DNA of 64,000 bases. Source: a virus. Its lineage: Duplodnaviria; Caudoviricetes. Under the pieces are notes generated by a model that searched no databases, had not been told where the DNA came from, and saw nothing but the letters and a program-made list of their open reading frames with translations. A program made the position numbers and the translations under genes. The stretch spans positions 3,418-67,417 of the IMG/VR virus record IMGVR_UViG_3300033069_001639, one strand, 5' to 3'. This document shows, in pieces, positions 19,432 through 28,730 of the stretch; the stretch's first letter is position 1, and each line of letters begins with the position of its first letter.

Positions 19432-21033
19432 ATGTACTGGATTATCGCAATGGTCGCACTCGCACAAATCGACGCCGCACAACCAGCGGTCGCGGTGCGC
19501 AGTACGCCAGTGCTGGCCAAAGTTGCCGACCCATACGACGCTGCGGCCTGGGCGCTCGAAGATGCCTTGGCCCTGCGTGCCAACAATCAATCCGCCGCCG
19601 GCTGCCTCTACATCTGGATTGGGCCCGACGAGTCGCCGGCCATTGCCAATATCAATTCGCTCGCGGTCAATTCCGCCCTCTCGCATTCGTCAACGATTCA
19701 GCTTCCCGACCTCACCGCCGGCGGCCGTCTGATTCGCTGGGATCTCGCGAAGCTCGCGCCGAAGCGCACCGACTTCCTGCGGCTGGTTGGCGTCATCAAC
19801 GATCTGTCGATCGGCGAACCGTTCTGGCATGTTGATCTGAAGGCCCTCGGGCTGCCCGCCGCGAAGTGCCCGCCATTCGTCTGGATGGATGGGCGAACCT
19901 ACTCCCTGACGTTCTCTGTGCCTGCGCCAGCGACGGCTGAAGCGTATCAACTTCTACAGCACGAAACCGGGCTGAAAACGCCGCTGCTGCGTGCGGATTA
20001 CTTTCTGCGGCGGATCTCGTCGACGATCCAATCGGGCCGGTATTACCACGTCCGCGGCTTTATCACTTACGACGAACACGGGAAAGAGAAGCGGTTGACC
20101 GAAACTGAGATTTTCAAGCAATTCGGCAACGATGTCGGCTTGTCGCGGAAGGTTGAGGGCGACGATCGAGTGGGCATTGTGATCTCGGGAGTGACCGGCC
20201 AGGCCCGCGCGGTGGAATTCGGCCAGGGTGCAATCGGCGGCTGGCGGATTACCTACGATCGCTTCTCAGACAACGAGAAGATCACTGCCCATCCGCTGTA
20301 CAACCTGCTGTCGGTGGTTGAGAAGTCAGACGGCCGCGAAACGATCTTCGAAATGCCGAACGGGCTGCTGGCGTACATTCTGACCAACGGCAAGGGTGAG
20401 TTGGTCGATGAAGCTCCGAATAAGCTGGTAACGGATCATCGCACGCCGGTTCCACATCCCGCGCAGTTGTTTCCGCCGCTGTCGTGCGTGCGCTGCCACG
20501 GGCCGGCAGGTGGAGTGCAAAGGACGCCGAACGATGTTTCACGACTCCTTAAGACGCCAACTCAACTGGACGCTTTCGCCGATTTCGGGGGCACTGGTTT
20601 TTCGGGAGTCGACATTGACCGACTTGCCGGCCTTTACGGCGGCGACTTCGAACGCCGTTCTCGCGACGCCCGCAACCGTTACGCCGATGCCGTCTTCACA
20701 GCGACGCGCGGACTTACGGCGACGCAAGCGGCTGCTGGATGGGCTGCTCAATACGAAGGCTACTGGCAAACGCCGGTAAACGCCGATCGGCAATTGCTCA
20801 ATCTCGGCTGGCGTGCTCGATCTCCGCAGGCCGCGAACAAAGCCCTTGAAACGCTGCTCGCGAAACAGGAAACCGATCTGCTTGTGTTCGGGCAGAAAGC
20901 GACGCGCGAGGATCCGCTCATTGTCGCCCCGCGGCTGGGCATTCCGATCCGGTCGCAGGACTTGGAGCGCGTGCAGGCCGAGCAGTTCCGCCGAGCTTAT
21001 TTGCATCGCGGGGAATTGGGGGTGGCACCGTGA
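19432..21033 (+). CDS. Secreted protein with c-type heme motif
   Basis: Signal peptide MYWIIAMVALAQ; GRETIFEMPNGL..Y.L.NGKG...SCVRCH. Confidence 0.7.
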   Translation: MYWIIAMVALAQIDAAQPAVAVRSTPVLAKVADPYDAAAWALEDALALRANNQSAAGCLYIWIGPDESPAIANINSLAVNSALSHSSTIQLPDLTAGGRLIRWDLAKLAPKRTDFLRLVGVINDLSIGEPFWHVDLKALGLPAAKCPPFVWMDGRTYSLTFSVPAPATAEAYQLLQHETGLKTPLLRADYFLRRISSTIQSGRYYHVRGFITYDEHGKEKRLTETEIFKQFGNDVGLSRKVEGDDRVGIVISGVTGQARAVEFGQGAIGGWRITYDRFSDNEKITAHPLYNLLSVVEKSDGRETIFEMPNGLLAYILTNGKGELVDEAPNKLVTDHRTPVPHPAQLFPPLSCVRCHGPAGGVQRTPNDVSRLLKTPTQLDAFADFGGTGFSGVDIDRLAGLYGGDFERRSRDARNRYADAVFTATRGLTATQAAAGWAAQYEGYWQTPVNADRQLLNLGWRARSPQAANKALETLLAKQETDLLVFGQKATREDPLIVAPRLGIPIRSQDLERVQAEQFRRAYLHRGELGVAP

Positions 21034-21287
21034 ACCCCTATGAATCGCCGACGCACTGCGAAGAACTTCGTCCCGTGGATCTGACCGCGTTATGGGTGTT
21101 GCTGGTAGTAGCGTTTTGGCCGGCCTTGTTCCTTGTGGTGTTTCCGGTCGCATTGATTGAGCAAATTCGCAAAAAGGACGATTTAGGCCAGTTTGTCTGG
21201 GGAATGTTCTGGGCAGCAGTCCTTGTCTTTGACGTCGCAATCGGATGGTTCCTGCTGATTCAATTCGTATCGAAGATTTTTATTTGA
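21030..21287 (+). CDS. Two-TM membrane protein with NPYESP N-terminus
   Basis: Two hydrophobic helices. Confidence 0.65.
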   Translation: MNPYESPTHCEELRPVDLTALWVLLVVAFWPALFLVVFPVALIEQIRKKDDLGQFVWGMFWAAVLVFDVAIGWFLLIQFVSKIFI

Positions 21288-21295
21288 GGAAACCA

Positions 21296-22069
21296 ATGAG
21301 TCCGTACACTTTCGCCGCAATCGTAATTCTCGTCTTTGAAATGCTACTCGCATCGCAAGCCAGCGCCTGTGGCCGTTGCGGCATCTTCGGCCGCGGCTGC
21401 CGATTCGCCCACGCCCCCGTCGTTCACCACGCCGCGCCGGCCATCGTGAAAGCCCCCGACACGATCCAGAACTTCGTGTTCAACAACATTTCGCCGCCGG
21501 GTGATCTCGCTCCCCGCGGCGCCACGGTCTACGGCCTGTCCCGCGCCCTCGAATACAACGCACCCAATTCCGCTCTGTACCTCGATAACGCCCGCCGGGC
21601 ACTTGAATTCGCTGGCGATACAACGGTAAGCGCTCGCACGATCGACACACTGACCTTAGACGCCGCAGCGATTGACGCCCGCGGCCGAGCGGTAGAAGCG
21701 GCTTTCCGGTCACTGGCTCCCGATACGGCGACGGCAACGCGCAGCACGACAACGAAGGTGACGATCCGCAACGGCATTCCGGTGATCGACGAACTGCCCA
21801 CCCTGCCTGCCCTGCCTGCCCAAGACGATCCGCCACCAGTGCCGCGTGACCTGCCATTGCGCCCGGTTGACAACGTTACCTGTATGCGATGCCACGGCAA
21901 GGAAGGTGTCGCGGCCAGTGAATTCTTGCTCGATGGCCCGTTGACCTTGGAGCAGTTCGCCAAAGCAAAGGACGCCATTGAAGCCGGACGGATGCCCCCA
22001 AAGACAAACTTGACGCCAGCCGAAAAACTTAGCCTTGTCGCGAGGTTCGGAAAGCTGGTTCGCCAATAA
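21296..22069 (+). CDS. Secreted protein with C-terminal cytochrome c-like domain
   Basis: Signal peptide; CMRCH...GRMPP (putative axial Met). Confidence 0.72.
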   Translation: MSPYTFAAIVILVFEMLLASQASACGRCGIFGRGCRFAHAPVVHHAAPAIVKAPDTIQNFVFNNISPPGDLAPRGATVYGLSRALEYNAPNSALYLDNARRALEFAGDTTVSARTIDTLTLDAAAIDARGRAVEAAFRSLAPDTATATRSTTTKVTIRNGIPVIDELPTLPALPAQDDPPPVPRDLPLRPVDNVTCMRCHGKEGVAASEFLLDGPLTLEQFAKAKDAIEAGRMPPKTNLTPAEKLSLVARFGKLVRQ

Positions 22070-22124
22070 CTCACGCCGCCGCCTGCTGTGTCCAGCAGTG
22101 GGGAGAATCGGCGGCACTTTAACT

Positions 22125-22538
22125 ATGAACATCGTACGTCAAACCGAAAGTGGTCTTTGCCTTGCTGCATGCGTGGCGATGGTCGCGAACTGCTCGCTCG
22201 AGGAAGTCGTCGAAAAGACGCGAATCCTCAAGTCGCAGGACGGCGTACGGTTCTTGCCCGACAACGAAGCCATCAAGTTTCTCGCCTCACGAATGTTGTG
22301 CTACGGGCTGCGTTTGGCTCCCGGCAGCGAAGTGAACGAAGACACGCCCGATTTTACGGTAACGGTCACAACCGATTGCCCTGCGATCCTGGGCGTCCTT
22401 AGCGAGAACTTCCCCGGCTTCAATCACGCCGTCGTTTGGGACAACCAGCGGCGGAAGATTCTCGACCCATTGCATGACGAGCCGCAACCGCTGTCTCGCT
22501 ATACGGTCGTCGAGTGGGTTCCGATTTCACACGTTTAA
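22125..22538 (+). CDS. Peptidase C39-like (papain-fold) protein
   Basis: RQ...CLAACVAM, HAVVWD, ILDP give Q/C/H/D. Confidence 0.65.
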   Translation: MNIVRQTESGLCLAACVAMVANCSLEEVVEKTRILKSQDGVRFLPDNEAIKFLASRMLCYGLRLAPGSEVNEDTPDFTVTVTTDCPAILGVLSENFPGFNHAVVWDNQRRKILDPLHDEPQPLSRYTVVEWVPISHV

Positions 22539-22559
22539 CCCTGAAAGGTTGGTGATCCT

Positions 22560-22814
22560 ATGAAGAGTTTGCTTTTGGCCCTGTTGGCCATCGTGGCGAT
22601 GTGCGTCGCCGTTTCGTCCGCTGAAGCCCACGGCGGCGGTGTGTTTGTCCGCGATGCGTTCGGCAATACGGTGTTTGTGCCGAATCAAGGTGTGATCATT
22701 TCGCGCGGCTTCGGTGGTCCGGTTGTTGTCCAGCGCGGGCCGGTCGTAGTTCGCGGCCACGTCAACCAGTTCAACCAGAACGGTGGCCGGAATCGCATCG
22801 GCTTCCGTCGTTAA
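22560..22814 (+). CDS. Small secreted Gly/Val/Arg-rich protein
   Basis: Signal peptide ending in AEA. Confidence 0.65.
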   Translation: MKSLLLALLAIVAMCVAVSSAEAHGGGVFVRDAFGNTVFVPNQGVIISRGFGGPVVVQRGPVVVRGHVNQFNQNGGRNRIGFRR

Positions 22815-22854
22815 TCCATTCGTGCCGGTCGGGATTTATCCCACTGGTGCAACC

Positions 22855-22888
22855 CCGCCGTTCCGAACGATTCGGGCGGCGGACTTTT
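22855..22888 (+). terminator. Rho-independent terminator (putative)
   Basis: CCGCCG..CCGAA/TTCGG..CGGCGG followed by ACTTTT. Confidence 0.55.
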
Positions 22889-22918
22889 AACCCCAGCCCC
22901 TAGAAAGCCCGCCGTGCG

Positions 22919-23203
22919 ATGTCCCCAGAAGCCTGGATCGGTTTAGCCGCGATGATCCTTACTGCCTTGGGGGTGCTGCTTGGCGCTGCCTGGTGGATGT
23001 CGGCGCTGTACTCGCAGGTCAGCAATATCCAAACGAACACGGAAACGACGAACACCAAAATCGACACGCTCACCGAAAAGATGGACGGCGAGTTACATGA
23101 CGTGCGAACCGTCCAGCGCGAGCAAGGCAAAGACATTGCGGAACTTCGCGGGCGAGTCGGCAAGGTCGAGGGAATTTTAGAAGCGGAGTTTGGAGCGGAG
23201 TAA
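22919..23203 (+). CDS. Single-TM coiled-coil protein (holin/hemolysin XhlA-like architecture)
   Basis: N-terminal TM, then heptad repeats ending RVGKVE. Confidence 0.55.
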   Translation: MSPEAWIGLAAMILTALGVLLGAAWWMSALYSQVSNIQTNTETTNTKIDTLTEKMDGELHDVRTVQREQGKDIAELRGRVGKVEGILEAEFGAE

Positions 23204-23253
23204 CACAATTCGCCCGTTGCTGCCCGGCGCGGGTGAGTTTTGGAGCAATCGAA

Positions 23254-23397
23254 ATGCGAGAACGTTTTTGGTGGGCTGTCCATAACCTGTTTGCGCATCC
23301 TGCAAGCGAAATCTTGTACTGGATTTGGCTAGAGCGTGCTGGAAATTGGCTGCATGACTGGACGGTTCCACGGGACCACAAAGAGGGTCGAGGCTAA
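23254..23397 (+). CDS. Trp/His-rich microprotein (47 aa)
   Basis: MRERFWWAVHNLFAHP...WLHDWT; SD GGAG; paralog at 32117. Confidence 0.65.
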   Translation: MRERFWWAVHNLFAHPASEILYWIWLERAGNWLHDWTVPRDHKEGRG

Positions 23398-23458
23398 TCA
23401 TCGCCCCAGCGGGCGGCTTGGAACTGGAGAGGACTGGGCCGCTCGCTGATTTTGAAAC

Positions 23459-23575
23459 ATGACCCAATCCCGAATCATCCTCGACAAAGTTACCGGCAAG
23501 TTCGCCGTTGTTCGTAACGGAAAAACGGTGTGCTGGTGTACTCGGAAAGAACAAGCGGAGAGGTTTTGCAAGTGA
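23459..23575 (+). CDS. Microprotein (38 aa)
   Basis: MTQSRIILDKVTGKF...FCK*; GTGA overlap with next gene. Confidence 0.4.
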   Translation: MTQSRIILDKVTGKFAVVRNGKTVCWCTRKEQAERFCK

Positions 23576-23910
23576 AGGCCCAACCACTCAAACAAACCGA
23601 AACAGGCTACGTCGCTTGCGATGTCAAGGAAGCTACGCACGTAATGCTGAATATGCCAGGGCCGATTCCGACTCGCATTATTCCAGTAATGATCGGCGGC
23701 ACTCGCGCGGGTACAGGCAACTGGACCTGGAACGGCAGTGTTGATAGCCCGACGCTGAAGCCGAGCATTCTCACTCGCGGCGGTCACGTTGATAAGCCGG
23801 TTGTGTGCCACACATTCGTCAACGACGGAATGGCGCAGTTTCTTGGCGACTGCTCGCACGAACTTGCAGGGCAAACAATTCCGTTGCTGGAGGTGGATTT
23901 CAAATGCTGA
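23572..23910 (+). CDS. DUF6527-like protein
   Basis: WTWNGSVDSPTLKPSIL...CHTFV.DG..QFLGDCSH.LAGQT. Confidence 0.8.
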   Translation: MKAQPLKQTETGYVACDVKEATHVMLNMPGPIPTRIIPVMIGGTRAGTGNWTWNGSVDSPTLKPSILTRGGHVDKPVVCHTFVNDGMAQFLGDCSHELAGQTIPLLEVDFKC

Positions 23911-24302
23911 TTCTCCTCCTACTCGCCGTCCTCCCGCTCGACTCCATCGCCCGCGAATCGTGCGACAAGATCGAAGTCAATTTGTTTTACGACGACCAAG
24001 CGCGGCTCGTGTTCGAGCAGTTGCTGTTTTACGACTGGCACGACAGCGCCGAACGGTTCAACCTCCGCGGCTGGCGAATGGTGAAGAATCAATCGCAACT
24101 CCCGCGGCTGAACCAATTCACGAACCGCTACGAATGTCACTGGATGGACGGCGACATTGAACGAATCGTAACCGCGCCGGTGGTGAGCTATTCGCAGACG
24201 CAGTTTGATCCTGAACTGACGGAGCGGGAGTTCTTAGCGAAGGAGCGGCGCCGCGAACTTCGAAGCCCGAAATCAATCCACCCCACACGCAAAGGAAGTT
24301 GA
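23904..24302 (+). CDS. Secreted hypothetical protein of planctomycete type
   Basis: Signal peptide; IEVNLFYD...VFEQLLFYDW. Confidence 0.6.
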   Translation: MLILLLLAVLPLDSIARESCDKIEVNLFYDDQARLVFEQLLFYDWHDSAERFNLRGWRMVKNQSQLPRLNQFTNRYECHWMDGDIERIVTAPVVSYSQTQFDPELTEREFLAKERRRELRSPKSIHPTRKGS

Positions 24303-25396
24303 CTGTGCCCACTTGCGAAATCGTCCGCCGGCAGTCCCATCAACACCGCGCAGGCTGGTTCTCCATCCAGATCGACGGCTGGGATACCGAGTACATGAAC
24401 AACCCGGCTCAGCACTTCGAGAAGATGCTCGGCAAGCTGATCAGGGAAGGGCATTCGCCCGAATTGCCCGACACGACGGCCGCCGCCCATGAGCGAGCGG
24501 ACGAGCAGTCGCAGTATGTGCTGCAGCGCATCGCCAGGCGGCTCGCGTCTGGCAGCCTGTTCCCCGGCGGGATGCAGGCCGATCTTGCGAAGCCGACGGA
24601 TGCACTGCCGAAGAAAGCCAAACTGCGTGGTTCGCTCGAAGAGGCCTGCGGGGCGTTTCTCAATCGCGGCAACTTCATGCTGCCGGAGTTAGACGCCAAC
24701 GGCAACATTGTCGCCCGTCGGCCGATGACCGAAGACGAGCGGCATGCCCGCATCGTCGAGCGCGACACCAAGCGGGACCACGAAGGGGAATGGAAGGAGC
24801 GACGCAAGCAGCTCGTTATCGCCAGGCACCGTGAGCATGAGCGGCTCAAGAGCGAGTTGCCCACGTGCGATCCCAAGTATCGCCATCGGCTCGTCCAGGC
24901 CATCGCGCGAATCGAGCTCGAGCTGGCCCGCCTGGAGGGATCCGGCATCGTCAACGCGACGCATGGATTTCAGTATGCGAACGGGCAATACCTGCAGGCC
25001 GGCGTGAACTTCGTCAGCGGCGATATTCGTCTCGTTCCCTGCATGACCAACACCACGGTTGATTCGGAGCGCGATGCCAAGGACCAGGTCAGCGACTTCA
25101 CAACGCTCGATGAGTTCGACGGCTCGGGTTACTCGACGGGCGGCAGCCCCCTCGATAACCAAGCGGTCAACATCGACGACGCGAACGACAGGGCTGAATG
25201 CGACGCGGACGATGAGACGCGCAGCTCACTCGGAGCTGGCACGCGTTCGATCGACGGCGAGCTGGTGATCCTCTGGAACACCAACCTCAATTCGTCGATG
25301 CCGCTGCACTGGCTGGAGTACGCGACGGACAAGACGCCCGATGGCTCGGACTTCATCGTGCAGATCAACGCCGAAGGGTATATCCAGGCAGCGTAA
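24299..25396 (+). CDS. Two-domain protein with C-terminal virion-type beta domain
   Basis: C-terminal MTNTTVD...FTTLDEFDGSGY motif, typical of phage structural proteins. Confidence 0.6.
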   Translation: MTVPTCEIVRRQSHQHRAGWFSIQIDGWDTEYMNNPAQHFEKMLGKLIREGHSPELPDTTAAAHERADEQSQYVLQRIARRLASGSLFPGGMQADLAKPTDALPKKAKLRGSLEEACGAFLNRGNFMLPELDANGNIVARRPMTEDERHARIVERDTKRDHEGEWKERRKQLVIARHREHERLKSELPTCDPKYRHRLVQAIARIELELARLEGSGIVNATHGFQYANGQYLQAGVNFVSGDIRLVPCMTNTTVDSERDAKDQVSDFTTLDEFDGSGYSTGGSPLDNQAVNIDDANDRAECDADDETRSSLGAGTRSIDGELVILWNTNLNSSMPLHWLEYATDKTPDGSDFIVQINAEGYIQAA

Positions 25397-25400
25397 ACCG

Positions 25401-25814
25401 ATGGCCTATCGCATCCTCTCAATCGAGCGCATCGACCCAGCGAGCTTGCCTACGCCGCTGCCGGAGGGGCATGCGCGATTCAAGGCCGTCGTTGAGATGT
25501 GGGATGGGGATGCCGTCGGTCCGCCGCACATAGTCGAGGAGTTCATTCTGCAGCGGCCGACGAAGTTCATGCGGCCTGCCGGCGGCGACGAATGGGAGCT
25601 GGCCACGAAGCACGATGCGCTAGTGGCCTTCACGACGCAGTTGATTGAACAGATGGAAGATCACTACGGCGAACAGATCCGTGCCGGTGTTCGCGGGTTT
25701 CGGGGGGACGTGCGCGAAGATCAGCATGGGAGGGTAAAGCCGCTCGATCCTATCGCCCACCATGCCGAAGTGCGAAAGCTCATCGGCAAGGTCCGCGGGA
25801 AGCGAGGGCGCTAG
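25401..25814 (+). CDS. Hypothetical protein
   Basis: ORF coupled to the next gene. Confidence 0.6.
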   Translation: MAYRILSIERIDPASLPTPLPEGHARFKAVVEMWDGDAVGPPHIVEEFILQRPTKFMRPAGGDEWELATKHDALVAFTTQLIEQMEDHYGEQIRAGVRGFRGDVREDQHGRVKPLDPIAHHAEVRKLIGKVRGKRGR

Positions 25815-27232
25815 TGACCACGCTTTCGATCAGCCCGGCAACCGGAACGGATGACGGTCAAAGCGGCACCGGCACCGGCTACACAAACAGCGCCGGAAAT
25901 ATCCAACTCGGCGGTTACTTCGGAACCGCAAACGGCTGGTTTCGCACGCCAAACGTCACAATCTCCGGCGACGCGACGATCTCAAATCTCACGCTCACCG
26001 GCGACAAACTAACATCCGCCGGCACAGCGGAGCTGATTTTCAAGTTTGTCAAGGAAGCGAACCCAACCTACCCGACGAGTGGAACAGACTATGACGGGCG
26101 AACGCTGACAACGGCCAGTGTTATCGATTCGGAGTCAGGGACAGGAGCCTACACGTCGCCAAACCTAGCCACGCCCGGCCAGGAGATCATTGACCAAGGC
26201 GGCTGGTCGAGCGGCAACGCTCAAATGCTGTTTGTCAAAGACAACAATTCGAACGCGACCCACGGTGGTTTTGAGAACCGCATTCAGCTGCGAGCGATGG
26301 AGTCGGCCCCGTCAACGATCCCTGCGCTGAACTGGACCTACAGCGTGCCGATCACAGCCCCGCTCGTCGTGGGCAGTGTCACGCTCACTGGTGTTGCCCC
26401 CACGACGAAGAAGCAGGCACCATTAGCCGTTGGCTCAGTGACGTTCACTGGCGTCGCAACTACCGCTGTGCTGCCGGTCCGTGCCGATCTGGCCATAGGG
26501 AGCGTGACGTTTTCGGGAGTTTCACCGAGCACCGCCCATTCCGACTTTCTACCAGTCGGCGAAGTGGAGTTTGGGGCCCGCCCGCGCAACGCGAAGCAAG
26601 AGATTTCTTTCGGCGGCGCAACTTTCGGGAATCTGTTCATCAGCTGCGCTGGTGTCTTCAGTTTTGCCGTGCAAAGTGTGACGGCGTCGGCGGCGCAATG
26701 GCAAACGGCGATCAACAACCAGGCGACCGTTACGTCGATCAGCGGCGGGATTCGCTTTACGTTCGACCAATCGCCGCACTCTAACAAAGAAATCCCGCTG
26801 ATCTCGATCGACATCAACACGAGCGACGGCACGCCGATAGTTTCGCATCTTGTTCACGGCCGTGGCTATCCAGTCACGGTCCGCAAGGAGGCCCCCGCGC
26901 CAATCGGGTCGGTGACCTTCACGGGTGTTGCGCCGACAGCCACGCATCAGGCTCCGCTCACTGTCGGCACGGTGACGCTGACCGGTGTGACGCCAGGAGC
27001 CAGCAAGGTTGCCGCCCTGGCGATCGGCTCCGTGACGTTCACGGGCGTCGAAGTGAACACGCGCATCACGGTTAACCTCGCTATTGGCATAGTGACGATT
27101 ACGGGCGTTGAGGCCACCGTTTTTATAGTGGCTCCGAAGTTTCCCGGCTCCGGAACCTTTGTCTCCGCTGGTCTGTGTGGCGAATTCATCCACGACAACA
27201 TGACGGGTGGATTTGCGAGAGGAGAGAACTAG
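25814..27232 (+). CDS. Putative virion structural/fibre protein with repeats
   Basis: Thr/Gly-rich; 7 (P/A/N)L(A/T/V)(V/I)G(S/T)VT(F/L)(T/S)GV-like repeats in two blocks. Confidence 0.65.
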   Translation: MTTLSISPATGTDDGQSGTGTGYTNSAGNIQLGGYFGTANGWFRTPNVTISGDATISNLTLTGDKLTSAGTAELIFKFVKEANPTYPTSGTDYDGRTLTTASVIDSESGTGAYTSPNLATPGQEIIDQGGWSSGNAQMLFVKDNNSNATHGGFENRIQLRAMESAPSTIPALNWTYSVPITAPLVVGSVTLTGVAPTTKKQAPLAVGSVTFTGVATTAVLPVRADLAIGSVTFSGVSPSTAHSDFLPVGEVEFGARPRNAKQEISFGGATFGNLFISCAGVFSFAVQSVTASAAQWQTAINNQATVTSISGGIRFTFDQSPHSNKEIPLISIDINTSDGTPIVSHLVHGRGYPVTVRKEAPAPIGSVTFTGVAPTATHQAPLTVGTVTLTGVTPGASKVAALAIGSVTFTGVEVNTRITVNLAIGIVTITGVEATVFIVAPKFPGSGTFVSAGLCGEFIHDNMTGGFARGEN

Positions 27233-27233
27233 C

Positions 27234-27650
27234 ATGCCAACCCTGATCGTTCCTGAAGTAATCGCCGTTGCCGGCCGCACCGAGGACTTTACCTGGTCTG
27301 CGTACGCCGCAGATGGCGCAACCCCCGTTGCCTTTGCGGCCAGCGACAAGGTCCGCTTCAAGCTGGCCCGAAAAGCTGGTGATACGCCGTTGCTCGACCT
27401 GGTCTCCGGTTCGGTCACCGCCAATGGGTCCACCGTATCGATCACGGATCTCGGCGATGTCAACGCAGACGAACCAGCCACCGGCGGCGTGCGTCTCGCC
27501 CAGGCCGACACCGACGACTTCGACGGGGAATATCACTTCGAACTCAATCTCGTCGACGACAGCGAAACCAACCCCGCGGATGCGATCAAGCAGATCTGCC
27601 GCGGCAAGATCAAGTTCCTGAAATCCCAAGGCGGAAGCCTCGGGTTGTAG
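27234..27650 (+). CDS. BppU-N-like virion protein (putative)
   Basis: Beta-rich; EYHFELNLVD. Confidence 0.5.
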   Translation: MPTLIVPEVIAVAGRTEDFTWSAYAADGATPVAFAASDKVRFKLARKAGDTPLLDLVSGSVTANGSTVSITDLGDVNADEPATGGVRLAQADTDDFDGEYHFELNLVDDSETNPADAIKQICRGKIKFLKSQGGSLGL

Positions 27651-27677
27651 TTTTCACTTTCACAAGGATGCAACGGA

Positions 27678-28718
27678 ATGGGCCAGATTATTTCTTTCAC
27701 CGCCATTCGTGCCGCGGTTGATCTATTGGAAGAAACCGTCAAGGAATGGCAACAGACACCGCCACATGAGGCCGTGATCGTGCAATGGCGAGGGATGCCA
27801 AGCCACGCCGTTAGTCAGGGAATCGAGGAGGCGGCGACGCAACTCTTCGAACTCGTTGCCACCAGCGATATCGAGGATACGCACGCCGCGCATGCGCTCG
27901 TGCTCGCGATCGACGCCTTCGACGACGCCTTCGCAAAGTGGGCCGAGGGCTGCCAGGTCAATCCGGACCGAACCGATCCGAGTGGCGGCCCTGATGTGTG
28001 GGAACCCTTCAGTCAGATGTTGGCGGCGCGCGAACAGCGGACGTTCCCGAAGCCGGAGCCGATTGGGGCCCTGCTCGCGCAGAAGGTCACCCATGGCCAG
28101 ATCGCGAAGATCTACGGTTGGCGAGACGCCAGCGGTGCGCCGGATCTCGAGAAAGTGCAGGAAGAGATCACGACGCCGGGAACGCATTTCAAACCATCGG
28201 AATGGGTCCACCCTGGACAACGCCGATCCGTGGCCGATGTCGCCGATCGCTGGGCGGCCCGCAATGCGAAGCAACGGCCAAGCCGACTGCCGGCGCAGCC
28301 CAAAGCCCCGCGCGAGGCCCCGGAATCGCTCGACGATCTGATCTATGGCGGCGTCAACGTTCAGCAGATCGCCAAGATGAAGCGGATCACGGTGGACGAG
28401 GTCCGCGAACGTGCCGCTCTGCTCGGCGTTCCCCTTGATGGCGGCGTGCTCGCCGCGGCAGCTGCCATGGCCCGCCGACCTTCACCGACCGAGGACGAAG
28501 AGGAGATCGCTCGCAAGGCCGAAGAACTGCGACTGCTCGGCGCCAGGGATTACGGCGAACTCGGCGACGACAAAGAGGCCCGTATTCTCGCGCTTCATAC
28601 CGACAAACGGCCGCCGGCGGACATCGTCAAGATTCTCGGCAAAGCCTTCCCGGGTCTGACCTATCAAAAGGTCACCAAGATCATCGATCAAGCGAAGCTG
28701 GCCGCAACTGCCAAGTAA
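27678..28718 (+). CDS. Hypothetical protein
   Basis: Long ORF upstream of the packaging genes. Confidence 0.65.
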   Translation: MGQIISFTAIRAAVDLLEETVKEWQQTPPHEAVIVQWRGMPSHAVSQGIEEAATQLFELVATSDIEDTHAAHALVLAIDAFDDAFAKWAEGCQVNPDRTDPSGGPDVWEPFSQMLAAREQRTFPKPEPIGALLAQKVTHGQIAKIYGWRDASGAPDLEKVQEEITTPGTHFKPSEWVHPGQRRSVADVADRWAARNAKQRPSRLPAQPKAPREAPESLDDLIYGGVNVQQIAKMKRITVDEVRERAALLGVPLDGGVLAAAAAMARRPSPTEDEEEIARKAEELRLLGARDYGELGDDKEARILALHTDKRPPADIVKILGKAFPGLTYQKVTKIIDQAKLAATAK

Positions 28719-28730
28719 GAAAGGACGCCC

